From positions 992,001 to 1,056,000 of the forward strand of contig OZ287078.1 of NCBI GenBank assembly GCA_965645245.1: a stretch of DNA of 64,000 bases. The letters run 5' to 3'. The notes beneath the pieces are model-generated. The model saw only the letters and a program-made list of their open reading frames with translations. It had not been told where the DNA came from and ran no database searches. Below are positions 1-9,675 of this stretch, one piece after another. Positions within the stretch are counted from its first letter, which is position 1. Each line of letters starts with the position of its first letter. A program made the translations under genes and the position numbers. The DNA comes from Massalongia carnosa (lineage: Eukaryota).

Positions 1-255
1 CTGTTAGGTAGAACCCGAATCCGTCTTCAGGCTACGATACGGTTCAGGAGTGATGCTTCGGAGAGGAGACACCCACTCGACCAATGACCACGCGTTTGAG
101 AACCGACGATCCTGAATCGCCTGGAAGATCGGCCTTTTTCCTTCCTTGGGGGCGTTCCTGCCTAAGCGCTCATGAAACATCGGAAACCAAGCGTGCGCTA
201 TCAAACGCAAAATACTCACTGTACGTACTGTCTCAGCATCCTGAAGATCAATCAT
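1..255 (-). CDS. Possible first exon (MIDLQDAETVRT) and intron of a gene running off the left edge; product unknown
   Basis: ATG at 255, 12 codons, then a GTGAGT donor at 219; CCTAAC branch-like motif at the window edge. No recognisable domain. Confidence 0.25.
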
Positions 256-1328
256 CGTGGATGGTCGAAATGGAAAAACCTCGACGAATAAATAAAGATC
301 AAGCACGACGGGCATAATAGGCAACCAGATGTAACTACTGTCTGTACGCCGGTTCCATTTGCATGCGACGGGAAAGTAAGCCGTGCAGTGAGTGGCCTTG
401 GCCCCAAAAAACCAAAACAAAAAAAAAAAAAACTCCCCCCCAAACGTTCTTTCGAACCACGAACAAAAACCTCCCTGCAGCGTTCAACCCGCGAGGCATC
501 CCCGGCACCATGCTTTCGATAGTCTGCTGCAGTAGTCTCAGACCTCGTCTCAAAGAGGATGGAAAGCAACGGTGCAAAGCCGCGCGCCTGTGTCTGTCTG
601 CACCAGCGCAGGCTTTCGTTTTTCCATCTCCTTAGCGACGCGCTGCAGAGGTTTCGGTGAGACTTTTGGCAAAACCCGGTAAAAGGAGAGAGTCAGAGAA
701 TCCATTCCAGGTCGTCTGGAAGGTACTTTTTTATATCACCATGCGTCAATACCCCACGTCCACCTGGCGGTTTCGCGCATCACACTGTATCAAGCCCGCT
801 AATTACCTCAGCTCCTCTTTCCCAAAGCAGTCGGATGTCTGCTCTTCATCAACTTCACCACCACAGAAATCCGTATCATTGCTTTTTACCCCCCCTCAAG
901 TCATCTGATCGGAACACCTCCCCCTTTCTACCTACCTAAATCATTCAAGATGAAGTAGTTACGTCTCCGAAGCAGAAGATGGTGTATGCCCACTAGCACC
1001 CCGAACACCGTCCATATAATTTCCCATATACGTAATTATAGATACCTCGGTCTTTCTAAACCCCCTCCCCTTTCCCCCAAATGGCACCTTTTATGCCCGT
1101 AGCAATGCATAATTATCGATACAATTAATCACTAGTTACTTAGTTAAGCGAAAACCTCCCCTCCCCCCACTCTGAAGCTATGTAAGAATGTAATTTTTCT
1201 TACTCCGTCGTACCAACCAACCAACCAACCTATCTGTCTATCTTACCTATACACGTTGAAAAAAATAAAACCCTAATCCATCTTCTTCATCCACCTCCTC
1301 TTTCCCCCATAAGCACAAACACATTGTT

Positions 1329-2518
1329 ATGTCCTCCCAACAACAACCCGCCGAGAACGGGCACGGGAAAGAAACCCCCCCGCCCCCTTCCTTGGCATCA
1401 GCGTCCGCTTCAGCTTCTGTGCCTACTTTCCAGGATCAGGTTCGGGATGGGGATGGGGATGGGGATGGGGATCGGAGGATTCGTGTTGTAGGTTTTTTGC
1501 AAAATTTTTTTTTTTTGCAAGAATCTTCCTCGCGCTATCAATCAATAGCGTCTTTGGATGAATTTGACGGATTTTCGTGTTTTTGGGGGGAGGGGAGGGT
1601 TGAGGTTTCTTCTCCTCTCTTACGATCCTATTTTTACCTCTCTCTTCATCTACCCAACCTACAAGCCACTCACTCCCTTTATTTCTTCTTTTTTCCTTAT
1701 CTTGTTTCCTCCTCATCCATCCATCCATCCATCCATCCACCTAACTCATCCAGCAAGCAAGCTAACAAGCCCCCCAAACAGTTACCCGGCGCCAGCGACA
1801 CAGCCGCCTCCTTCGAGTTCGAGGGCGAGGACCACACGCTCGGAAACGCCTTGCGGTGGATGATTATGAAGAAGTAAGCAAGCCGCTCCTATTATTTCCC
1901 CTTGTCAGTGAGGTATAGGAGCCCGTTTGGGGAGATTTGTTCCAGAGCCGCAGCTTTCTACTCCACCTCCTCCTTTCACTTCCCCTTTCGAAGCTCCTTC
2001 TCCAGCACCAGCATCTCCAATCGCAGAATCTAGCGCAATGAACTCCTCCTAATAATTTAACTAACGAAACGCCCCCTTCCCCCCTTTCCCAAAATCCAAA
2101 GCCCAGAAGTCGAATTATGCGGCTACTCGATCCCGCACCCGTCGGAGGCGAAGATGAACATCAGGATCCAGACTTATGGTCCGTTTCTCTCCCTCCTCTC
2201 CCCATGTACTATGTATTCACATTCTCAAAATCCCCCCCCCCCCCTCCTCTTCCTCCTTTAGTCTCGAGAGAAAGAGAGAGACACAGCAGCAAAGCTAACT
2301 CGCACCCCCCTTCCCCCCCTCTCCCTTTACCGGGTTTCGGGGAAAAGATCCCCAAAGTAGACGGTACAACAGTGTACGACGTTCTGGAAAAGGGTCTGGA
2401 CGACCTGATGGATCTGTGCGATGTGGTGACGGGCCGGTTCACGGAGGCAAGGGATAGGTTTGGGGCTGGGGAGGGGGAAGGGGAGGGGGAAGGGGAGGGG
2501 GTGGGAGTGGGAGTTTAA
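1329..2518 (+). CDS. RPC19: RNA polymerase I/III shared subunit AC19 (RPAC2)
   Basis: Exons 1329-1487, 1782-1873, 2102-2178 and 2361-2518 splice to ...[69 protein letters not shown], the RPB11/AC19 signature. Confidence 0.95.
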
Positions 2519-2762
2519 GGTGAGGAAGGGGGCTGCTTTGGTGGGCTGGTTGATGGGTAGATGGATTCATAGATTATTGGGGGTATGCTATGTACTATGG
2601 AGGGTTTGACTTGACTTTTCTCCCTTTCCTTCCCTGTATGTATGTATGTATGTATAGACCGACAAAACCCCCACTCAGCCACTCCATCGACTCACTCACC
2701 CATTTACTATACCCCCCCCCCCCCCCAAAACGCCATGAAAACAATCCCTCTGCTCGCACGCG

Positions 2763-3803
2763 TCAATTCCGACCCTAAAACCCAAACAACCATTACCCCG
2801 TCAGCCAGCCATTCATTCCCTCTCTCCCCGCGGACACGAGAGCAAACATACCTCCAAAAACCCCTGCACGAAATCCCGCGGCGGTTTCACCGTCGGGTCC
2901 TCCTGCTCCCGGAAATACTTCAGCACGTGCGAGAGCTGTTTCCAGTAATTGAGCGTTTCCTGCATTGGGGGATCCCGCGGGGGGCTGTTAGTCAGGGCTT
3001 TTTTTTCTTTTTTCAAATGGTTCAAAGAACAAGCGTCCGTCTCACTTCGTTTTGTTTTAGATTTTTAAACTGGGGGAAATAGAAAGGGAGGGGGGAAGAT
3101 AACTAAGCATCGGCTCAGGCCATTTCTCTATCGAAAAACGAGGATTCTGCCCTTTTCAGATCATCCCCCTTTCTACACCTCTCTCTCTAGCACTCGGAGA
3201 GATAAACCCCCCCTCGGCCCAAATTCCCAGCAAGGTGAAGAAGAAGAACCCCCTGTTCGCGCTACCGACAGAAAGAGAAAAACAACACATAAAAACAAGT
3301 CTCAGCACGTACCTGATACTCCGAATGGCTCTGAAACAGCAACATGTCCACCACCGGCAGCTGGTTCACGAACCGGTGCCGCTCAAACTCCTGCCGCACT
3401 TTCGTCCGCAGCGCCGACACGGGCATGTTGAGCGAATACATCTGTTGAATTTCGGGGGCCTGGTGCGGTAAGGAGTGTGAGAATACAGCGCAAAGGAAGG
3501 AAAACCCCCTGGGTTATGTTTTTTTTTGGGGGGGGGGGGGAGGTGGAAGGAACCGGAGGCTTCTGGGGGAAGGATTTGGGGGGGGGCCGGCTCACAGCAC
3601 GAAGCCATTCTCGATAAGACTTGGCCACCCGCCGTTTAGCATCTTGCCAGTTGATCGCTAACAGCGTCTTCTTGTCAGTTGTGCCTTACGGACGAAACTA
3701 GAATTCGGGCACACATGGGGGGAGCGGGAGCGGGAGCGGGAGGGGGCCATGCGTACGTACATGAGCGGGTCCGTTGCGCGAGGTAGGTGGGGTTGATCAC
3801 CAT
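2763..3803 (-). CDS. NDUFA6: NADH:ubiquinone oxidoreductase 14.8 kDa subunit (B14, LYR family)
   Basis: Five exons give [106 protein letters not shown]...FLEGRN*. Confidence 0.93.
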
Positions 3804-4567
3804 TGCGCTGGGACTGGGTGGAAGTTGGAGATGGGAAGGGGATTTGTATGTATATAGGTAAATGATTGCGGAGGGGAAGCTTCAAGAAAGGATACTTTGA
3901 TGGTTTCGGAACTTGCCGATAGTTATTGTATGTCTCGTAGGGCTGAATATTCCGCAACGCTCCTAATTCATTCCCTCAAATCACCATTTCAGTCCTCTCT
4001 CCTCAGCAGCTTTTTCGTTTTCCCCTTCCCAACAACAAACAAAACACCTCACCATTACCCCTTCTCTTATCAGTATCATCATCATCAGTTACCCTATCCA
4101 CCCTACTTGCTCTACTTACCCTGCTTATCCTCCTCACCCTATAAACCCACCCACCAAACTCAGTCAATTAAACGATCTCGAGCATCAAGCTGCGCAATGC
4201 AGACTGAAAATGGGGACACCCACAACAGCCGCCCAGGCTCGGCAAGGAAAATGAAATGGGGGTGGGGGTGAGAAAGAGTGGAGAAGATTGATGATGATAA
4301 TAATAAAGGTGTGGTTATTCGTCCGCGCATTTGCTCTTTGGTTCTTCAAATAGCGAAGCGAAGTCTCGCGCGTGAGAGAGATAGAACACCGGAGAGGAAG
4401 AAGAAGAAAAGAACTGAAGAAGTGTTTTTCAAAGCCATGGGGCCGTATCCGAAGCGTACGTACGCACGTACGAGCCAACGAACGGATTTATGAAGAGATA
4501 CTTATCCTGGATACTAAAGAAGTATCTACGATCTAGCTAGGTATACTGTACTTACGGAACATGGAAA

Positions 4568-4785
4568 AAGGAGGAGGATGCGAAGAAGAATAAAATAATG
4601 ATGATAATGGCGTGGATATGCGGTGAGAGAAATGGGAGAAAGGAGGAGGATGCGAAGAAGAATAAAAATAATGATGATAATGGCGTGGATATGCGGTGAG
4701 AGAAATGGGAGAAAGGAGGATGCGAAGAAGAATAAAAACAATGATGATAATGGCGTGGATATACAGTGAGAGAAATGGGAGAAAG
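4568..4785. repeat. Tandem minisatellite, ~70-72 bp x 3
   Basis: The unit ...GGAGGATGCGAAGAAGAATAAAA(A)TAATGATGATAATGGCGTGGATATGCGGTGAGAGAAATGGGAGAAA recurs; TGCGAAGAAG anchors are at 4579, 4651 and 4721. Confidence 0.92.
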
Positions 4786-5481
4786 AACAGAAAGAATAAA
4801 ATGAAAGGAGAAGGAGCAGGGAAAAATTCAACTTCAAAGCCAAAGAAATTCTCTCAAACGAATGAATGAACAAACGATACACTTTCTCTATCTATCGAAT
4901 ATTGTCGATTGAAACTTTGAAAAGAAGCCTTCACTCATTCACCTACTCGGAATCTGACAGGAAAATGAAAAAGGAACAGGAAACGAAACGAAACGGAAGA
5001 GGGTTGGGGAGAGAAGAGAATGAAGAAAATCGACGACGACGACGACGATGATGATAATGATGATGCGGAGGAGGATAAGGAGGTAGGTAGGTAGGTAGTG
5101 AAGCGAAGGGAAGCAAAGGGGAGGGAAGGCTCGCGTACGAGAGCCTGAGAGGAGGGATGAAGGAGAAACTGGATGGGGGGATGGGAGGATGGGGGATGGG
5201 GAATGGGGGAAGTAATTTTCAAAAAGCCCATGGTGGAAATGTTTTTCAAAATGATTCGAGAAGGGACGGAGAAGAGGAAGAGGGTCGGAACTCGCTCTCA
5301 CCCGTCCTGTCGGGTTTGCGGTTGGGGTTGTTGCTGGGTGAGCTATGTAAGAAATGTGCGACTAAAAGCTGTAGTAATATCAAAAAATTACCATTAGAAA
5401 AACTAGCCAAGATAAACCCATATTACCTTCGTGATACATCAAGCCTCCAACCTAAACCTCCGCTCAACCGCACAAACAAGC

Positions 5482-8400
5482 TTAAATATTCTGGACATAA
5501 CTCCCCGGCACCACCCCCACTCGTCCCCTCAGCCGCGCCTCCAACCAGCCATCCTGGGACGAATCATCCAACACGTCCAGCACATCCCCGATCCTGAACC
5601 CCAGCTCGTTCTCCTGCTCGGGTGTGAAATCATGCATGGCTCTCGCCTGACGAAGCGCGGCGGGGAGAAGAGGTGCCGGGGGAGGCGGGGCCGGAACAAC
5701 TCGGCGTGTGACGGTTTTGAGGGCTTGCTGAGGAGGGAAATGGTACTGCGGCTGCTGATACGACTCGGGGATAGAACCGGGGGATAAGGGGGAGTTGATG
5801 GGAGAATTGAGCATCCGGATGGGGGGAGCGGAAGAGTGGGAAGAGGATGAATGCTGGGAAGATATGGTGGATGTGCGGGAGAGTGAGGAGTCGGGGGAGT
5901 GCAGCTGAGTTGGAGGAATTGAGGAATGCGAGGAATGACGATTCGGGTTCGTTGAGACGAGGTTTTCAGCAGGTGGGAGACGCGAGGCGCTAGTTGGCTT
6001 GCGGGTTAGAGGCATTCTTTGGGGATGGGTTGTAGGGAACTGTGACAGAGGCGGCACTTGAGACATAGCCATGGGCGAGGCATGAGGGGAATTCGTTGAA
6101 TGCAGTGGGATCGATGGGGCCAACTGGCTATTGTTCATGGAGGGAGGTGGCTGGAAGTGATGCTGATCTTCTGGGCAAGGAGTTCCTTGAATACTTGACG
6201 CTAGCCTTTGGGTCATCGAGTGATGTTGGGCATTCTGAAGCGCAGCTTGAGGTGGGCCTACATATTGACGGATTGGCTGGCCATAAGGATTAGAGTGCAC
6301 AGCATGTGGCATAGATAGGTTTGACGCAAGACCAAGGGGAGCTGCCTGGTTTGTTGCCATATCCTGGTGGACTATATGAAGAGTGTTTCTAGGCTGATAA
6401 ATAGTTGGTTCAAACGGCGGAGCTGAACCTTGCTGCATTGGAATATGTGGAGGGGTGGCAATCGGCATCGAGGATATACGACGCTGAGTTGTATTGGAGC
6501 TAGTTGTTTGGGATAGCGGAGGATGATTTGCAGTTTTTAACGAAAAGGCTTGCTGGAAAGGGGTACCTTGGTGAACAGTGGATTGCGGAGCTATGTTTGG
6601 CGTGGTGGATTTTGAAGAAAAGGCCTGCTTAAAAGGGGTGCTCTGGTGGGTTTTGGATTGCGGAACTGAATTCTGCTGTGTAACTTTCGAAGAAAAGGCA
6701 AGCTGAAAAGGGGTACCCTGGTGATCTGGGGGGTTTGAAGCCATATTCCCCTGTGCCATAGACTGTGGGGTTATAGTTTGAGAGGCTAATGAGCGATGGG
6801 CCACCTGCGGGTTGCCGATCTCTCGATCTGGCACCTGCGGATGGACTGTTAGTGAATTTACCGCTGATGGCGGCGGTCCTAGATACTGCTGCTGGGGCAC
6901 CCGAGCGCGAAGCGGAGGTGGAGCCGGCACAAAGGTATTTTGGGCTATTACAGGTCTGCGGAACCCAGCTTGAGGATCTCTTACCGCCTTCACAGTCTCA
7001 AATCCTTCCTCAAGCATGACTCTCCTTGTTGCAGGCGACAGCCTAAGGTTGCTGTAGTCGAAAGCAGAGCTTGGCACCAGCTTAAAGGTTGTGCCAGGAA
7101 GTCCCTCCAACCAACGGGCAAGGCTTTCAGCGACACCAGACGGCAGCCACATTATCTCTCCATGCATAAGGTCCAGATGGCCTCCAATGATCCAAGCATG
7201 GAGTAGTCGGCCTGCATCCAACTGCCAGCGAAGAACATCTTCCCAGTAGTGGCCCGAGTTCTTAAACGTAAAAGGGCTATTCCAGGTCGCAAAGGGAATA
7301 TGCCACGAGACGACCCTGAAGCTACGATCCCTGGGCTGTGGATGACCTTTGGTTTCAATCTCCTTGATAAACTCCTTGTATGCGCTCATGAGCCTTCGTC
7401 GTTCAGTCTTCTCGTTCTTTTCATAAGAAGGCACAATACGGCTCAGCCCAGCAGGAATTCTGATGATCAGTTGCACTTCACGTGGCATGCTCTTAAGGAA
7501 TGCAATCGTACGGTCTACGAACTTGAACCCTGCTGTTTGACCGCTGGCATAGTGCGGATGAGGGCAGCCCCATAAAAAATTATTGAGTACACCAGTGCCA
7601 AAACCGCGATATATGTGCATTGGAAAACAAGCCGCGCAAAAAAAAAAGGCGGCTGTGACGGTATATTGCAAAGTCCCGTCAAGAGTGTCAAAATGCCCAA
7701 GAAGGTTTCCCGAGTCAACTTGTCCACATGCCGTGCGACACGCTTCAAGCGCTTGGGGCAATTCGTGTAGATTGACAACTCCTAGCAACACCAGTCTTTG
7801 ACCTAGGACGGATAGAACAAGAAGGGCTTCATCAAGCTGAGCGGCAATTACAACCTGTGAATTCACTGCCGAGTTAGAATCTCCATGTGCTGCGGCAAAT
7901 TGAGCTGCAGCCTCCTTTCGCCGTTGACGAGCTTCATTCCAGGTACCAATGGAAGCTGCGATTCGGACTCCAGACATTGCCACCCCAACTCCTGCTTGAA
8001 GGGCAGCAACAGGGTCGCCTGATAGCGCATTGACCGTTGAGTTTGCAATCCTAATTCCTGCACTGATCATGGGCGCGGGATTCGCCGCTGATAGAGCATT
8101 GGCCGCTGAATTGGCAATGCCAACTCCCGCGCTGAGAACGGCCGTAGGATCTATCGAGGCATTGGTGAAAACCCCCTCTCCCATTGCAGCAGTGAAATCA
8201 CGACTGCTACCATCGACTTCGCCTGCTGCATCATCGCCTAACATAGATCCAATATCAAGCTGGGCGGATGTTTGATATATTTGCCCGGGCTGATCCAAGC
8301 TAGTGGCAAGAAATAAGTTGTTTTCGTTGTCAGGCAATTCACTACCCTCACTCAGAGTTGTGTGCTGGTCCGTTTGCTCATACTCATCTGAAACTATGTA

Positions 8401-9675
8401 TGCCTGTGATGAAGCTTGAATACTGGGTGAACTGTCACTGAGAATTTGTGATTTTTCAGGCGCATGTAAATAATCAGGTGCCTGAGGATCTTGAGCTATA
8501 TCTGCACATATGCTAAACGAATCTAGGGGGGGCATTTCTGATGTCTGAGAGAAGACATTTTGAGAATCTTGTTTCACTACCGGTTTTTGGTATGGGCTAT
8601 CCTGAGAGTAGATGGAATTCTCTAAGGGACCGGATTGAGGGTTCTGCGAGGTCTGAAGCGTCTGAAACGAATCAATCGGCTGGGGGTCCTGATAACTCAT
8701 AGTTGGCTCATATTTAATTTCTTGGGCATACACTGGTCCTTGAAATGATGTACTTAATTGGGGATTCTGATACGGCATATATTGTTCATAAGTGCTGGTA
8801 AGCGAGTTTGAAGGTTCCTGAAAAGATTGACCTGCTTGAAGATTCTGAGAGGCTTGGTAATGATCGTTCGGTTGAAGCTGTTGATATGCGTTGTGTTGCG
8901 GGTTTGCTGGCTTTAGAGTTGGCCGGGAAGGAGCCCCTGCCCGAGGCCATTGAGGCTGCGGATGTGTATTAGCCTGCTGAACCGAGTTATCCGGAGTCGG
9001 TCGGGGCGGATTCGCTCCATTTTTTAGCTCAAATTGCTGATATACATTAGTATGTTGAGGCGAGCTGTTCACATGTGGTCCAAGAGGAGTAGCTCCTTCT
9101 TGGTAAGAATTTTGTAGAATTGGTTGGGGAGGATCCGCTCCCTGAGTATCGAGTCCTGAAGGGTGATTACTTGCTTGAGCGCAGGTGTGTTGTGGCTCAC
9201 CATGTGGCGACAGACCACTTTTTTTTGAAGACGTGAAGGAATGAGAAGTAGTCGAAGTTGGAAAACCGCTCTCGTTATATTGAGAAAACACGTTTTGCTG
9301 CGAGTTGCTGGATGACTGTGATATGGTAATAGATTGTAGATCAGTGATCAAGTGCGAGGTCCCATCTTGGTAGGCGCTTTCAATGGTTTGCGAGTAACCA
9401 TTCAGCTGATCGTCCACAACTGAAGGGGAATGGACTGTGGACTCCAAGTCCTGGACAAGTATGGCATCGGGCGTTCCCGCATATTGTTGCGTATTTGATA
9501 CACCGCTAGATATCTCTGCCATGCCAGCTTCAACGGAATCTGCTTTGACAACTTCACCAAAGATAGACATATCTGAGGTGGTAGTAGCAACGGTTACGGT
9601 GGTACTTTCAGCTGTAAAACCGTCGTCATTACTGTACACCGTGGATTCCTCCACGTAACACTTAGCCTCGCTCAT
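5482..9675 (-). CDS. Large intronless SH3-domain protein (~1,397 aa), function unknown
   Basis: Uninterrupted 4.2-kb ORF (open to 9738; likely start MSEAKC at 9675). C-terminal SH3: ARAMHDFTPEQENELGFRIGDVLDVLDDSSQDGWLEARLRGRVGVVPGSYV. S/Q/P-rich arms flank a central globular-looking block. Confidence 0.88.
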   Translation of the reverse strand: MSEAKCYVEESTVYSNDDGFTAESTTVTVATTTSDMSIFGEVVKADSVEAGMAEISSGVSNTQQYAGTPDAILVQDLESTVHSPSVVDDQLNGYSQTIESAYQDGTSHLITDLQSITISQSSSNSQQNVFSQYNESGFPTSTTSHSFTSSKKSGLSPHGEPQHTCAQASNHPSGLDTQGADPPQPILQNSYQEGATPLGPHVNSSPQHTNVYQQFELKNGANPPRPTPDNSVQQANTHPQPQWPRAGAPSRPTLKPANPQHNAYQQLQPNDHYQASQNLQAGQSFQEPSNSLTSTYEQYMPYQNPQLSTSFQGPVYAQEIKYEPTMSYQDPQPIDSFQTLQTSQNPQSGPLENSIYSQDSPYQKPVVKQDSQNVFSQTSEMPPLDSFSICADIAQDPQAPDYLHAPEKSQILSDSSPSIQASSQAYIVSDEYEQTDQHTTLSEGSELPDNENNLFLATSLDQPGQIYQTSAQLDIGSMLGDDAAGEVDGSSRDFTAAMGEGVFTNASIDPTAVLSAGVGIANSAANALSAANPAPMISAGIRIANSTVNALSGDPVAALQAGVGVAMSGVRIAASIGTWNEARQRRKEAAAQFAAAHGDSNSAVNSQVVIAAQLDEALLVLSVLGQRLVLLGVVNLHELPQALEACRTACGQVDSGNLLGHFDTLDGTLQYTVTAAFFFCAACFPMHIYRGFGTGVLNNFLWGCPHPHYASGQTAGFKFVDRTIAFLKSMPREVQLIIRIPAGLSRIVPSYEKNEKTERRRLMSAYKEFIKEIETKGHPQPRDRSFRVVSWHIPFATWNSPFTFKNSGHYWEDVLRWQLDAGRLLHAWIIGGHLDLMHGEIMWLPSGVAESLARWLEGLPGTTFKLVPSSAFDYSNLRLSPATRRVMLEEGFETVKAVRDPQAGFRRPVIAQNTFVPAPPPLRARVPQQQYLGPPPSAVNSLTVHPQVPDREIGNPQVAHRSLASQTITPQSMAQGNMASNPPDHQGTPFQLAFSSKVTQQNSVPQSKTHQSTPFKQAFSSKSTTPNIAPQSTVHQGTPFQQAFSLKTANHPPLSQTTSSNTTQRRISSMPIATPPHIPMQQGSAPPFEPTIYQPRNTLHIVHQDMATNQAAPLGLASNLSMPHAVHSNPYGQPIRQYVGPPQAALQNAQHHSMTQRLASSIQGTPCPEDQHHFQPPPSMNNSQLAPSIPLHSTNSPHASPMAMSQVPPLSQFPTTHPQRMPLTRKPTSASRLPPAENLVSTNPNRHSSHSSIPPTQLHSPDSSLSRTSTISSQHSSSSHSSAPPIRMLNSPINSPLSPGSIPESYQQPQYHFPPQQALKTVTRRVVPAPPPPAPLLPAALRQARAMHDFTPEQENELGFRIGDVLDVLDDSSQDGWLEARLRGRVGVVPGSYVQNI

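Noticed and set aside
4568..4785. C/D snoRNA array (each unit has ATGATGA)
   Set aside because: No box D CTGA or rRNA guide within the units.
3897..5400. Many short ORFs in purine/pyrimidine-skewed intergenic DNA
   Set aside because: Low-complexity artefacts of microsatellites such as (GAC)n, (GGTA)n and (GGGGAT)n.
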